Position numbers and translations under genes: made by a program
Assembly: GCA_965220255.1 (NCBI GenBank)
Contig: OZ244816.1
Span: 1,010,852 to 1,074,851 of the forward strand
Length of the DNA stretch: 64,000 bases
Source of the DNA: Dehalococcoidia bacterium
Lineage (GTDB): Bacteria > Chloroflexota > Dehalococcoidia > Lucifugimonadales > VXLM01
Direction of reading: 5' to 3'
The notes under the pieces: generated by a model
Told to the model about the DNA's origin: nothing
The model's database searches: none
The model's input: the letters and a program-made list of their open reading frames with translations, nothing else
Shown: one piece after another, positions 7,683-15,999 of the stretch
Position numbering within the stretch: position 1 is the first letter of the stretch
Layout: each line of letters begins with the position of its first letter

Positions 7683-8120
7683 ATGGTAACAACAGATGCT
7701 GAGATAAAGACTCTAGATTCGCCCGCTACCCAATCGGAGGCCAGTGACCATCCCATCATGGGAGAGTGGGGCTCCCTAAACCCTTCCACACCCCCTCTTT
7801 CCGAAGATGATGGAATAGTAGACATGGGTCCGGCATTTGAGGCAACTAGCCTTCTCGGAACATTAAACGATGCACGGCTAAGAGTTCGGCAGCCGTTCCA
7901 AGTGACTATGGCCACAGAGAATGACGACTTCATTGCGGAGGCCGTGGAGATCGACGAGTTCGGCTTTGGCAAGAACCCATCTTCGGCGGTCCGAGATCTG
8001 CAGTTGACGATCGTCGAACTCTACTTCACGCTCAAGAGCGAGGCAGATCGTCTCGGGCCCGATCTCAAGCGCGTGTTCGGCGTGCTCGAATCAAAGCTCG
8101 ATCTCACCCATGACGATTAA
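7683..8120 (+). CDS. HicB-like antitoxin candidate
   Basis: 145 aa. The C-terminal half (FQVTMATENDDFIAEAVEIDEFGFGKNPSSAVRDLQLTIVELYF) resembles the HicB/UPF0150 N-domain pattern. It overlaps the next ORF by 11 nt. Confidence 0.35.
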   Translation: MVTTDAEIKTLDSPATQSEASDHPIMGEWGSLNPSTPPLSEDDGIVDMGPAFEATSLLGTLNDARLRVRQPFQVTMATENDDFIAEAVEIDEFGFGKNPSSAVRDLQLTIVELYFTLKSEADRLGPDLKRVFGVLESKLDLTHDD

Positions 8121-8379
8121 GGCACGGCAGTTTGATCGATTAGTTCAGAAGCTGGGCCTCAAAACCCGAAGCAGCGACCACCTTCTCGCTTGGTTTGAAC
8201 ATGAAGGCAAGATCATCACCAGAACCAAGCGATCTCGCGGTTCCTCCAGTGACCTGCCGATGCAGCACAGCATTCGGCAACAGCTCAAGATGAACGAGCG
8301 AGAGTTCCAAAGCGCCGTCGGCTGTACCCTAACGAAAGAGGACTACCTGAAGATTCTTCGTATGAAGGGGCTGCTGTAG
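8110..8379 (+). CDS. HicA-like toxin candidate
   Basis: 89 aa. FDRLVQKLGLKTRSSDHLLAWFEHEGKIITRTKRS resembles the HicA/YcfA pattern (h..L.k.G...r..gSH). The 11-nt overlap with the upstream ORF is typical of TA pairs. Confidence 0.35.
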   Translation: MTIKARQFDRLVQKLGLKTRSSDHLLAWFEHEGKIITRTKRSRGSSSDLPMQHSIRQQLKMNEREFQSAVGCTLTKEDYLKILRMKGLL

Positions 8380-8395
8380 TCCGGGTTTCCCCGAT

Positions 8396-8424
8396 TTGAC
8401 ATACCAGCACATCCGTCCTATTCT
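8396..8424 (+). promoter_or_regulatory. Putative promoter restarting the phage-like module
   Basis: TTGACA (8396-8401), 17-nt spacer, TATTCT (8419-8424). Confidence 0.3.
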
Positions 8425-8516
8425 TGATTAGTAACCACCCCTGACCGGCACTGAGCGGGTCGGGAGAATAACCGAATACGACAGAGATGCCGGAGCGCGT
8501 CCCAGTTTAGAAAGAG

Positions 8517-8957
8517 TTGGGGCGCGCTTTGATGTTTAACGAAGGGATGATGACGAAGAACTCCGCTGTCATGTCTGCGGCACGGGATCTGTCGGCGGGT
8601 ATGGAGACGGCGTCGGGGCTGTGGGTGCCGGAGGGGTCGGCGGTGGAGATGCCGTATGTGGCGGGGCCGGACGGAGACACGGGCAGAAGTGTGGTCGTAC
8701 ACCGGTTCCGGTTCCACGATCCACGGACGGGACGGAGCCAGGTCTGCCACGTTCCGGCCCATCCCGATGCCGCTCCGGCCGAGATCGAGGACATGGCGGC
8801 GGAGGCTCTCGAGAGTTTTTTGACCGACGCTCACGAGCTGGGTCCGCTGCACCGTCATACGCCGGAGCAGCGCAAGGAGATCGGCGCCGGAATTCGGGAG
8901 TTCCGCGAGTACGCGGCACGGCGACGGCAGAGTGCCATGAACAAGGTCTATTTCTAG
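8517..8957 (+). CDS. Hypothetical protein (phage-module ORF)
   Basis: 146-aa ORF on the module strand with normal (non-Arg/Pro-biased) composition. No function recognised and the start is uncertain. Confidence 0.4.
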   Translation: MGRALMFNEGMMTKNSAVMSAARDLSAGMETASGLWVPEGSAVEMPYVAGPDGDTGRSVVVHRFRFHDPRTGRSQVCHVPAHPDAAPAEIEDMAAEALESFLTDAHELGPLHRHTPEQRKEIGAGIREFREYAARRRQSAMNKVYF

Positions 8958-9011
8958 GACGTTTCACATCATTCCCGCGGAAGAGGACCTTTGCACAACC
9001 TACCCAACGGC

Positions 9012-9146
9012 CTGTCATTCCGAGCGCAGAGAGGAATCTAAGGCGTCCTGAGGGACCTCATTCGGGCCGTTTCAGCTACGGAACTTCACTTGGAGGGCAA
9101 CAACTTTAGATTCCTCATTCCGCTCCGCTTCATTCGGAATGACAGG
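9012..9146. repeat. Short MITE-like hairpin element (gtcattccgagcg...gaatcta arms)
   Basis: Left arm ctgtcattccgagcgcagagaggaatctaagg and right arm ctttagattcctcattccgctccgcttcattcggaatgacagg are inverted. Same arm family as the inner arms of the composite repeat, but with a different short core. Confidence 0.7.
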
Positions 9147-9233
9147 CGCCGGGGTTATGCAGATTCCCGCCCCATATCGTGGTACGGGGTGACGTTCTTT
9201 CGCGGGAATGACGAATTGAGCTGGAGCTTGGCA

Positions 9234-10094
9234 ATGCACCATCGAGAAAGGACATTCAACATGACAGGCACACACGGACGGACACGGGAACAGCTACGCA
9301 AGAGCATCGGGCGGAACTTGATCGGGCACCAGCTGATCGTCTCGGCGGCAACGTCGGGAGGGGACACGTCAGGCCTCATCGACGATACGCTGCTCGGCGG
9401 GGACGATAACTACATCGGGTGGTGGCTCGTCGCGACTTCGTCCGGGGCGAATGCCGGGGAGATACGGCGCGTGTCGGATTACGACTCCGCGACCTCTCGT
9501 TTGAGTTGGACGCGACCGCTGCCGGAAGCAACGGCCGTCAAAGACTCGTACGAGCTGTGGCCTTCCGAGTATCCGCCAGAGGTCATACACGACTACATCA
9601 ACCAGGCCATCGGCGAGGCGGCGGGGCACATCTACGAGCCGGTGGAGGATTTTTCTCTTAATGCGGGCGGGGGGCTGGCACAGTTCACGATACCAGAGGA
9701 CATCGACGCCATCTCGAAGGTGGAGGTCAGGGTTTCTACTGCGTCGCGGTCCGATGTCGATGCGAACACCGCCGTGTGGCGGACGCTGCCACGGCACTTC
9801 TGGGGAATCGACAAGGGGGAATGTGTCTTGACGCTCACGGACGGGGGCAGGCGTCTGGCGGGCGACGCTCCCCTCAAGCTCGTTGGAGGCATGGAGCCGT
9901 CGTCGCTCCTGGCCGACGCCTCGACGACCGTGGTGCCGGACGAGTTCGTTATCGCACGGGCAACGGCGCTGGCACTACTCGCCTCGCCCGACCTGTCGGA
10001 GTCCGGCAGGGAGGCATGTGCAAGGTGGGACGCCCGGACGCGAGAAGCCCGCGCGGCATTCCCGCTGCTGACGAACGTGCGAAGGGTCGGATAG
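9234..10094 (+). CDS. Phage structural protein candidate (adaptor/tail-proximal), hypothetical
   Basis: Start at ATG 9234 or 9261; the upstream part of the 9090 ORF only translates repeats. About 280 aa, on the module strand, immediately precedes the 639-aa ORF. Confidence 0.45.
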   Translation: MHHRERTFNMTGTHGRTREQLRKSIGRNLIGHQLIVSAATSGGDTSGLIDDTLLGGDDNYIGWWLVATSSGANAGEIRRVSDYDSATSRLSWTRPLPEATAVKDSYELWPSEYPPEVIHDYINQAIGEAAGHIYEPVEDFSLNAGGGLAQFTIPEDIDAISKVEVRVSTASRSDVDANTAVWRTLPRHFWGIDKGECVLTLTDGGRRLAGDAPLKLVGGMEPSSLLADASTTVVPDEFVIARATALALLASPDLSESGREACARWDARTREARAAFPLLTNVRRVG

Positions 10095-10153
10095 CAACAC
10101 GAGGCGTCCCAGTCTTTCGAAAGAGGACCGGGACGACGGACTGGAGAAAATAC

Positions 10154-12073
10154 ATGGCGAAGATCGTAGTCAATCAACAAGAGGTATCCCTGGACGGAAA
10201 GCGGTACCGGATCGCGCCGAGGCGAGGGGCCAGCGTGCGGTCGTTCATCGCGTCGCGGTATCCGGGCAAGCTGGTGCTGGGCGACGTGGGGTCGGACTCC
10301 GACCCGAGGCGCAGCGTGATCAAGTGGACCGATCAGCGCGGCGGGCTGGGAGTGTATAAGCTCGATGCGCGAGACCCGGAACTCGACAGGTGCACGTATA
10401 CGTCGTGTGACGTCCGGTACAAGGGAGGGATCACCCTGCCACCGCTCTCACGGTACACCACGGGCGCCGAACTGTCGGGGGACATCACGGCCATCGGGGA
10501 ACTGAACGACGCATACGGTGACAGCGAAATCTACGCGGCGTGGGGCGGAGGGACGGACGTCCGCAAGTACGACAGCAGGACCGACTCGTGGGGCGAGTCG
10601 CTGCACACGCTGCCGGGCGCGGCGTCGGACGCGGTCACGATCTCACACCCCGGCACTCGTGGAAGCCACGCGCAGTATCTCGTCTTCGCGCACGGGGACG
10701 ACGGGTTCACGTACACTTCGGACGGGACGGCCTTCAGCACCAACGGGAGGGACGCAAAGTTCCTTGCGTACTGGAACGACCGCCTGTGGGGCATAGACGA
10801 TGGCGGGAGACTGTGGCAGGGGCCTGCGGGGCCGCTGAGAACAAGCAGGAGCTCGTGCGTCGACGACGCGGTGCTTCCGCTGCCGGCGGGATACGTCACG
10901 TCGCTGTTCGTCGGGCCGGACCGTTCGGGCAGGCCGATTCTCTACGCGGGGACGAAGGTAGGGCTGTACGCCCACGACGACGCGAACAACCGGTTCGTGG
11001 AGACTCCGGCCAGGTGGCCGAAGCACGACACCGGCGGGTCGGGCGCAACGGCGTGGAGGGGAGTCGTCTACGCGCCGGTTGCACGGCACGTCTATGCCTA
11101 TTCGCCGGGGCGTCGCACATTCGACATTGCCTTCCCTCGACGGGGTGAGGACGGCCTGTTCACAACGGCAGGCGCCAGGGGCGGCATCACCAAGCTCCTG
11201 CCGACCCATCTCGACCTCGCGGTGGTGATGGACGGCCTGGGCGCGCCGTTCACGCCCGCCGACGTCTTCCTCTGGGACGGCGTCGGCGTGAGTCACGCTC
11301 ACACCGTCCTCTCATGGATGTCGATAACGGCGGCGTACGTCTCCAACGCCTATGGGAAATACCGGCTGTGGTGGGCGACCGACGAGGGGCTGTTCGGAGC
11401 ATCACCGAACATAGGCTATACGGAGCTGCCCGATTCGCTGACAAACTCGCGATTCGGTCCCGCGGTGTCCTACGCCACGGGCTACCCTGACGCGAACAGC
11501 TTCCTCCGCGCGTCGCACGTCTACCCGTGGTTCGACGCGGGACAGCCCGAGGTGACCAAGACGGCGCTGCGGCTGAGGGTGGAGACGCAAGACTGCACGG
11601 CGACCGAGGTGATCGAGGTGTACGCGGCGGTCGACTACGCAGACGCGTCCCTGGCACTGGTCGGCACGATCACATCGGACGGAACGACAACATTCAATTT
11701 GCCGAATGAGACGACACCGAACGGCATCGACTTCAAGGCCATTCAGATCGAATGCCGGTTGAAGAGGGGGACGGACGAGACGAAGACACCCGTGCTCGTT
11801 TCAATGGCGTTGGAGTACCGCAAGAAGATTCCGACCAAGTACGGGTTCACCTTCGACGTTGCGCTGAACCAGGAGCATGGCGGACGCACGCCGAAGGACA
11901 TGCGCTCTGATCTGGCGGAGGCCATCGAGAGCACGAACCTCGTCGAGTTCACGTTCCGGGACGACGCAGGCACGACGCGGACGCACTATGTGGACGTGGT
12001 CAGCGTGTCGGGCGGCGAGGAGACCGGCCTCGACGAGCGGGGCACGAGCAGGGTGACGGTGGAGGAGATTTAG
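10154..12073 (+). CDS. Large phage structural protein candidate (tail tube/nozzle-type), hypothetical
   Basis: 639 aa from ATG 10154; the 9776 extension overlaps the preceding gene. Beta-rich. Its position after portal, scaffold and capsid mirrors the podovirus gp11/gp12 order. No motif verified. Confidence 0.45.
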   Translation: MAKIVVNQQEVSLDGKRYRIAPRRGASVRSFIASRYPGKLVLGDVGSDSDPRRSVIKWTDQRGGLGVYKLDARDPELDRCTYTSCDVRYKGGITLPPLSRYTTGAELSGDITAIGELNDAYGDSEIYAAWGGGTDVRKYDSRTDSWGESLHTLPGAASDAVTISHPGTRGSHAQYLVFAHGDDGFTYTSDGTAFSTNGRDAKFLAYWNDRLWGIDDGGRLWQGPAGPLRTSRSSCVDDAVLPLPAGYVTSLFVGPDRSGRPILYAGTKVGLYAHDDANNRFVETPARWPKHDTGGSGATAWRGVVYAPVARHVYAYSPGRRTFDIAFPRRGEDGLFTTAGARGGITKLLPTHLDLAVVMDGLGAPFTPADVFLWDGVGVSHAHTVLSWMSITAAYVSNAYGKYRLWWATDEGLFGASPNIGYTELPDSLTNSRFGPAVSYATGYPDANSFLRASHVYPWFDAGQPEVTKTALRLRVETQDCTATEVIEVYAAVDYADASLALVGTITSDGTTTFNLPNETTPNGIDFKAIQIECRLKRGTDETKTPVLVSMALEYRKKIPTKYGFTFDVALNQEHGGRTPKDMRSDLAEAIESTNLVEFTFRDDAGTTRTHYVDVVSVSGGEETGLDERGTSRVTVEEI

Positions 12074-12075
12074 CC

Positions 12076-12360
12076 ATGAGACTGATACACGGACAGGAAT
12101 CGGTGACGGCGGGCACGCCCGCCCAGCTTACGAGCGAGCCGCTGAGGGCGGTGAAGCTCTGGATAAGGTACGCGGACGGGGCCGAAGGCGTCGCACGCCT
12201 TTCGGGAGCGACGGACAGCGAGGCGGGCGTCGAGATCGGTGAACAACTCGCGGAATTCGACTTCACGGCGGCAGGCAGGGGCAGCGTAGACGCCTCCGGG
12301 CTGTACGTGGACGTCTCGACCGGCACGCAGACCGTCACCTGGACGCTGATGGTGGCCTGA
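12076..12360 (+). CDS. Hypothetical 94-aa protein (phage-module ORF)
   Basis: Starts 3 nt after the previous stop. Tight packing typical of phage modules. Confidence 0.4.
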   Translation: MRLIHGQESVTAGTPAQLTSEPLRAVKLWIRYADGAEGVARLSGATDSEAGVEIGEQLAEFDFTAAGRGSVDASGLYVDVSTGTQTVTWTLMVA

Positions 12361-12361
12361 G

Positions 12362-12802
12362 ATGATACCGATCGACAGTACGGACAAAGGCGTGCTCTCG
12401 TGGGCCATAGGCATCCTCATCACGGTCAATCTCGGCGTGCTTGGATGGTCGGTCGCTGTGCTGGACGGGAAGGCGGACGACGCAGCGGTGACGCGCATCG
12501 AGCGGCAGGCGGAGGAGATCGAGCGTCGCGACCGTGACTATCTGGTTCGCTCCCAGATCGAGGACCTCGTGCGGACCGGGTCGCCCTACGTGAGCGACAA
12601 ACCGAAGATCGAGGACCAGCTCGACAAGCTGGAGGCGGACGTCGCCCGCAACGAGGGGGACATCCGCGCCACAACGCGCTCGCTCGTGCGGATCGAGACG
12701 CAGGTCGCGCAGATACGGGAGACGCTGCAAAAGCTGGACGGCAAGCTCGACGAGATCACGGAGGCGCTCGCCCGCGCCGGGGCGCTGGCGCGTCGGGAGT
12801 GA
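12362..12802 (+). CDS. Membrane-anchored coiled-coil protein, hypothetical
   Basis: N-terminal TM helix (WAIGILITVNLGVLGWSVAVL) followed by a heptad-like charged helix. Starts 2 nt after the previous stop. Last ORF of the module. Confidence 0.45.
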   Translation: MIPIDSTDKGVLSWAIGILITVNLGVLGWSVAVLDGKADDAAVTRIERQAEEIERRDRDYLVRSQIEDLVRTGSPYVSDKPKIEDQLDKLEADVARNEGDIRATTRSLVRIETQVAQIRETLQKLDGKLDEITEALARAGALARRE

Positions 12803-12810
12803 GGGGCCAG

Positions 12811-12872
12811 GCCCGTTCGTGGTGAGCCTGTCGAACCATGAACGGGCTGCGCTTCGACAAACTCCGGGCGAG
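12811..12872. repeat. REP-like hairpin (ccgttcgtggtgag..tcgaacc family)
   Basis: 12-bp stem gcccgttcgtgg/ccatgaacgggc. Related copies at 20922-21006 and 29522-29582 share ggttcgaca[ag]gctcaccacgaacgg. Confidence 0.7.
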
Positions 12873-13013
12873 TTGCGAAAACTAGCGCCAATCCCCCAAA
12901 ATTCCCCCTACCCCGGCGCTATCCTATTGGAAGTCGATGCGTTATATAGTGTAGCATCGGCGCGCCGAGGCTAAGCGACGTGCCCTTGGCAGCTCCTGAC
13001 ACGGGAAGCCGAC

Positions 13014-13616
13014 ATGCCCGACCGCAACGATGCTCCGTCAAAGGAAGAAGTAGAGGACCTGGTACGACGAGCGCAGCAGGGACATAGTGAGGCGTTTGGG
13101 GGCCTGTATGAGGCCTACTACGACAAGATCTATCGCTACGTGATGTTCAAGACCGGTGACAGCCTTGAGGCGGAGGACCTGACCGAAGAAGTGTTCCTGA
13201 GGATGTTGGAGTCGATAGGCTCCTTCAAATGGCAGGGGTATCCATTCACGTCGTGGCTCTTTCGTATCGCGCACAACCTGGTAATCGACTACTACCGGAA
13301 GTCCGGACGGCAGAAGAAGACCTCGCTCGACGACGCGATGAGGGTGGTGGGGACGGACGGCGTGGACGTGGACAGGAAGCTCGACATCGAGCTGTCGATC
13401 AAGGAGGTCAAGGATGCGATGGGCGGGCTGACGCAACTGCAGCAGGAGGTGCTCTCGCTGCGGTTCGCGAGCGGGCTGTCGGTCGCAGAGACGGCCGAGG
13501 CGATGGGCAAGAAGGAAAACGCCGTCAAGGCGTTGCAGCACGCGGCGATCAAGAAGCTCCGAACGCTCCTTGGACCGGCGATGGAACAGGGCCTGATAAG
13601 CCAAGGCGGTGCATAG
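13014..13616 (+). CDS. ECF-type RNA polymerase sigma factor
   Basis: Region 2 (YRYVMFKTGDSLEAEDLTEEVFLRM..WLFRIAHNLVIDYYR) and region 4 HTH (LSVAETAEAMGKKENAVKALQHAAIKKLR). Confidence 0.9.
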   Translation: MPDRNDAPSKEEVEDLVRRAQQGHSEAFGGLYEAYYDKIYRYVMFKTGDSLEAEDLTEEVFLRMLESIGSFKWQGYPFTSWLFRIAHNLVIDYYRKSGRQKKTSLDDAMRVVGTDGVDVDRKLDIELSIKEVKDAMGGLTQLQQEVLSLRFASGLSVAETAEAMGKKENAVKALQHAAIKKLRTLLGPAMEQGLISQGGA

Positions 13617-14499
13617 GATGAGCGCAACCGTAGACGACGTACTGAACGAATGCATCGAGCGTCTCGCCTCGGGTGAGACGGTCGAGCAGTGCCTCGCGAG
13701 CTACCCCGACTTCGCGGTCGAGCTGGAGCCACTCCTGCGCACCTCCGCCGCGACGATGAACGTCGCCAACGCGATCACGCATCGCGAGGAGGCCAAGCAG
13801 CGGAGCCGCTATAAATTCATGGCGGCCATTGCCGACAGGGAGAAGACGAGCAAGCAGGGATGGCTCGGACGTCTCATCGGGCCCACGAACTGGCGAGTGA
13901 AACTCGCGCGGACGGCGCTCGTTGCCGTCGGCATCGTCGTGCTGGGGACGGGCACCGCGTACGGCGCGACCGTCGCATCGGAGGACAGCGTTCCCGGCGA
14001 TCCTCTCTACGCCGTCAAGACCCTCAAGGAGGACATCTCCCTGCGGATGCCCAAGTCCGACCTGGCGCGGGCGAAGGAGCACGCCCACCTGGCGAACGTC
14101 CGCACCGAAGAGGTGGGCACCCTCATCGACCGTGGCAGGATGGAGCAGGCGAACGCTCACGTCGTGACTGTCACGTACCACCTGAACTCCTGCGCGGAGA
14201 TCGTCGGCGTCACGGTCACGGCGCATGCCAACCCTCTTGAAATGCCCGCCGCGACCTCATCGATCGACCAAGAGCAGCGGGTAGCCGAGCTCGTCGCGTT
14301 CTACGAGGCCGAAGCACAGCGTGCGCGAAACCGCTTCGAGCGCCGGATGAGGCGACTGCCTCCGCACCGGCAGTGGGAAGCCTACCTGATGATGCAGCAG
14401 TGGGAGCTGATGCACCGAACGTTTATGCAGACCTTACTGAACGACGGGCTGCCCAGATGGACCGTCGGTGTCGACCCGAGGTCCGGACCACCGCAATAG
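13609..14499 (+). CDS. Anti-sigma factor candidate (single TM, DUF5667-like ectodomain)
   Basis: Overlaps the sigma gene stop (start GTG 13609 or ATG 13618). Central TM (ALVAVGIVVLGTGTAYGA), then PGDPLYAVKTLKEDISL, which resembles DUF5667. Confidence 0.6.
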   Translation: MHRMSATVDDVLNECIERLASGETVEQCLASYPDFAVELEPLLRTSAATMNVANAITHREEAKQRSRYKFMAAIADREKTSKQGWLGRLIGPTNWRVKLARTALVAVGIVVLGTGTAYGATVASEDSVPGDPLYAVKTLKEDISLRMPKSDLARAKEHAHLANVRTEEVGTLIDRGRMEQANAHVVTVTYHLNSCAEIVGVTVTAHANPLEMPAATSSIDQEQRVAELVAFYEAEAQRARNRFERRMRRLPPHRQWEAYLMMQQWELMHRTFMQTLLNDGLPRWTVGVDPRSGPPQ

Positions 14500-14530
14500 C
14501 GTCGGACTGCGCCTTACCGCATTGCGTAAC

Positions 14531-14573
14531 CCCCTCTCCCGTCGTGGGAGAGGGCTGGGGTGAGGGTGAGAGG
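14531..14573. repeat. REP hairpin cccctctcccgtcgtgggagagggctggggtgagggtga
   Basis: Near-identical copies at 30393-30428, 51695-51737, 52826-52862 and 55507-55543. Confidence 0.85.
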
Positions 14574-14772
14574 ACCGATTGCACAAGAGTCTCCCCTCAG
14601 CGTGGACGTCCTCAACCCCCAACACCACGCACTTCGCGTCACGCCGATGCTTCTTTCCCCCATGCACCGAAGGCTCGGCACACCACTCCCGGGATAGTTG
14701 GCGTACTCCCTCGTACACGTCCTCCTCGAAACCCAACAGGACTTTGCTAGACTAAGTTGTGTTGACATTTCC

Positions 14773-14858
14773 CGTCATTCCCGCGAAAGCGGGAATCCAG
14801 AGTCCGGCACACATATACTCTCTTTGAGGAATAGATTCCCGCTTTCGCGGGAATGACG
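14773..14858. repeat. Paired gtcattcccgcgaaagcgggaatc hairpins (mini inverted-repeat element)
   Basis: gtcattcccgcgaaagcgggaatc at the left end and gattcccgctttcgcgggaatgac at the right end. Each is self-complementary and each is the inverse of the other. Confidence 0.8.
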
Positions 14859-14988
14859 ACTTGATAACGGATAACAATGAGAAATTCAATAATATTCGAC
14901 CACTAGGCAGTCGTGGAGGCAGCCCTCGAATTACGACTCATGTGGCAACGACGGGGCATACTCCGTACGCCCGGTATCTGGAGCAACG

Positions 14989-15480
14989 ATGATAAATACC
15001 GACGAGATCGAAGCACGAGTGGCGGATGCCCTCAAGGCCCTGGGTGTCCCCTACGAGGTGATCGCCTGCGATCCGGAGTCGGCGGACACGGCCGACTTCT
15101 GCGAGAGGTACGGCTACCGGCTGGAGGACTGCGGGAATACGATCGCCGTCGCGTCAAAACGAGGCGCGAAGAAGTACAGCGCCTGCGTAGTGAGGGGATC
15201 AGACCGGCTGGACGTTAACAGGACGGTCCGTAAGCTGATGGGCGTCTCGCGCGCCTCCTTCGCCTCAGCGGAGGAGGTCATCGCGCTGACCGGGATGATG
15301 ATCGGCGGAGTCACGCCATTCGCACTGCCGGAAGACCTGCCGGTCTACGTCGACCGCAGGGTGATGGATCTCGAAAAGGTGATCCTCGGTTCCGGCAGCC
15401 GCTCATCGAAGATCTGGGTATCGCCTGAAGCGCTTGAGAGGCTGCCGAACGCGGAGGTGGTGGACGGGCTGTCGATGTAG
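14989..15480 (+). CDS. YbaK/EbsC-type aminoacyl-tRNA deacylase domain protein
   Basis: 163 aa. The pattern ..NTIAVASKRG..YSACVVRGSDRLDVNR..IGGVTPFALPEDLPVYVD.. resembles YbaK/ProX editing domains. TGGAG SD at 6-nt spacing. Confidence 0.7.
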   Translation: MINTDEIEARVADALKALGVPYEVIACDPESADTADFCERYGYRLEDCGNTIAVASKRGAKKYSACVVRGSDRLDVNRTVRKLMGVSRASFASAEEVIALTGMMIGGVTPFALPEDLPVYVDRRVMDLEKVILGSGSRSSKIWVSPEALERLPNAEVVDGLSM

Positions 15481-15585
15481 GGGGTGGACCAACCATCTCT
15501 GGCTTTGTTCACCCCGAATGCAGGCCGCCCCAGCTATTCTAAAACCCGCCGCTGGGTTCTTGGGAAATTTAGATTTGAGGTGACG

Positions 15586-15999
15586 TCATGGGCGCGGGGC
15601 ACGTATTAGGTGCAAACCGGGGATGTCGTCAAAGTCGCCGTCGTCTGAGGCGACAGGACAGGAAAGGCGTATTGCGGTGGCCGCGATCCAGGCATCGGCT
15701 GTGCTTAGCTTACGCCCAGCCCTCTCTCGTTCGACACGCAAATTCGCAGAAATGTCCGTCGTTTCTTGGTCAGGCCAGACCACCTCGTATTGGTCTAAAT
15801 GGAGCTCAAGTCTGTTTTTCTGACGCGCGCCCCATCTAGCTTTGTACGCTCCGTACCACACTTCTTCAATCGACTGAAAAGAAACCACCGCGCGCTGACC
15901 AGTCATATGGGGTAGATAGAAGTCGCCTCGCTCATGTCCCTTGAACAGAAGCGAAACAACGCTCGTATCCAAGACAATCACTCTGAATGCTTCCGCCAC
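15586..15999 (-). CDS. vapC: PIN-domain toxin (VapC-like)
   Basis: GTG start. VIVLDTSVV near the N-terminus, later acidic residues (SIEEV.., STADAWIAATA, VASDDGDFD), 137 aa. Classic PIN layout. Confidence 0.8.
   Translation of the reverse strand: MAEAFRVIVLDTSVVSLLFKGHERGDFYLPHMTGQRAVVSFQSIEEVWYGAYKARWGARQKNRLELHLDQYEVVWPDQETTDISANLRVERERAGRKLSTADAWIAATAIRLSCPVASDDGDFDDIPGLHLIRAPRP

Noticed and set aside
12927-12950. Possible promoter (TTGGAA ... TATAGT) upstream of the ECF sigma gene.
   Set aside because: The spacer between the hexamers is only 12 nt. ECF-dependent autoregulated promoters have a different consensus that I cannot identify here.
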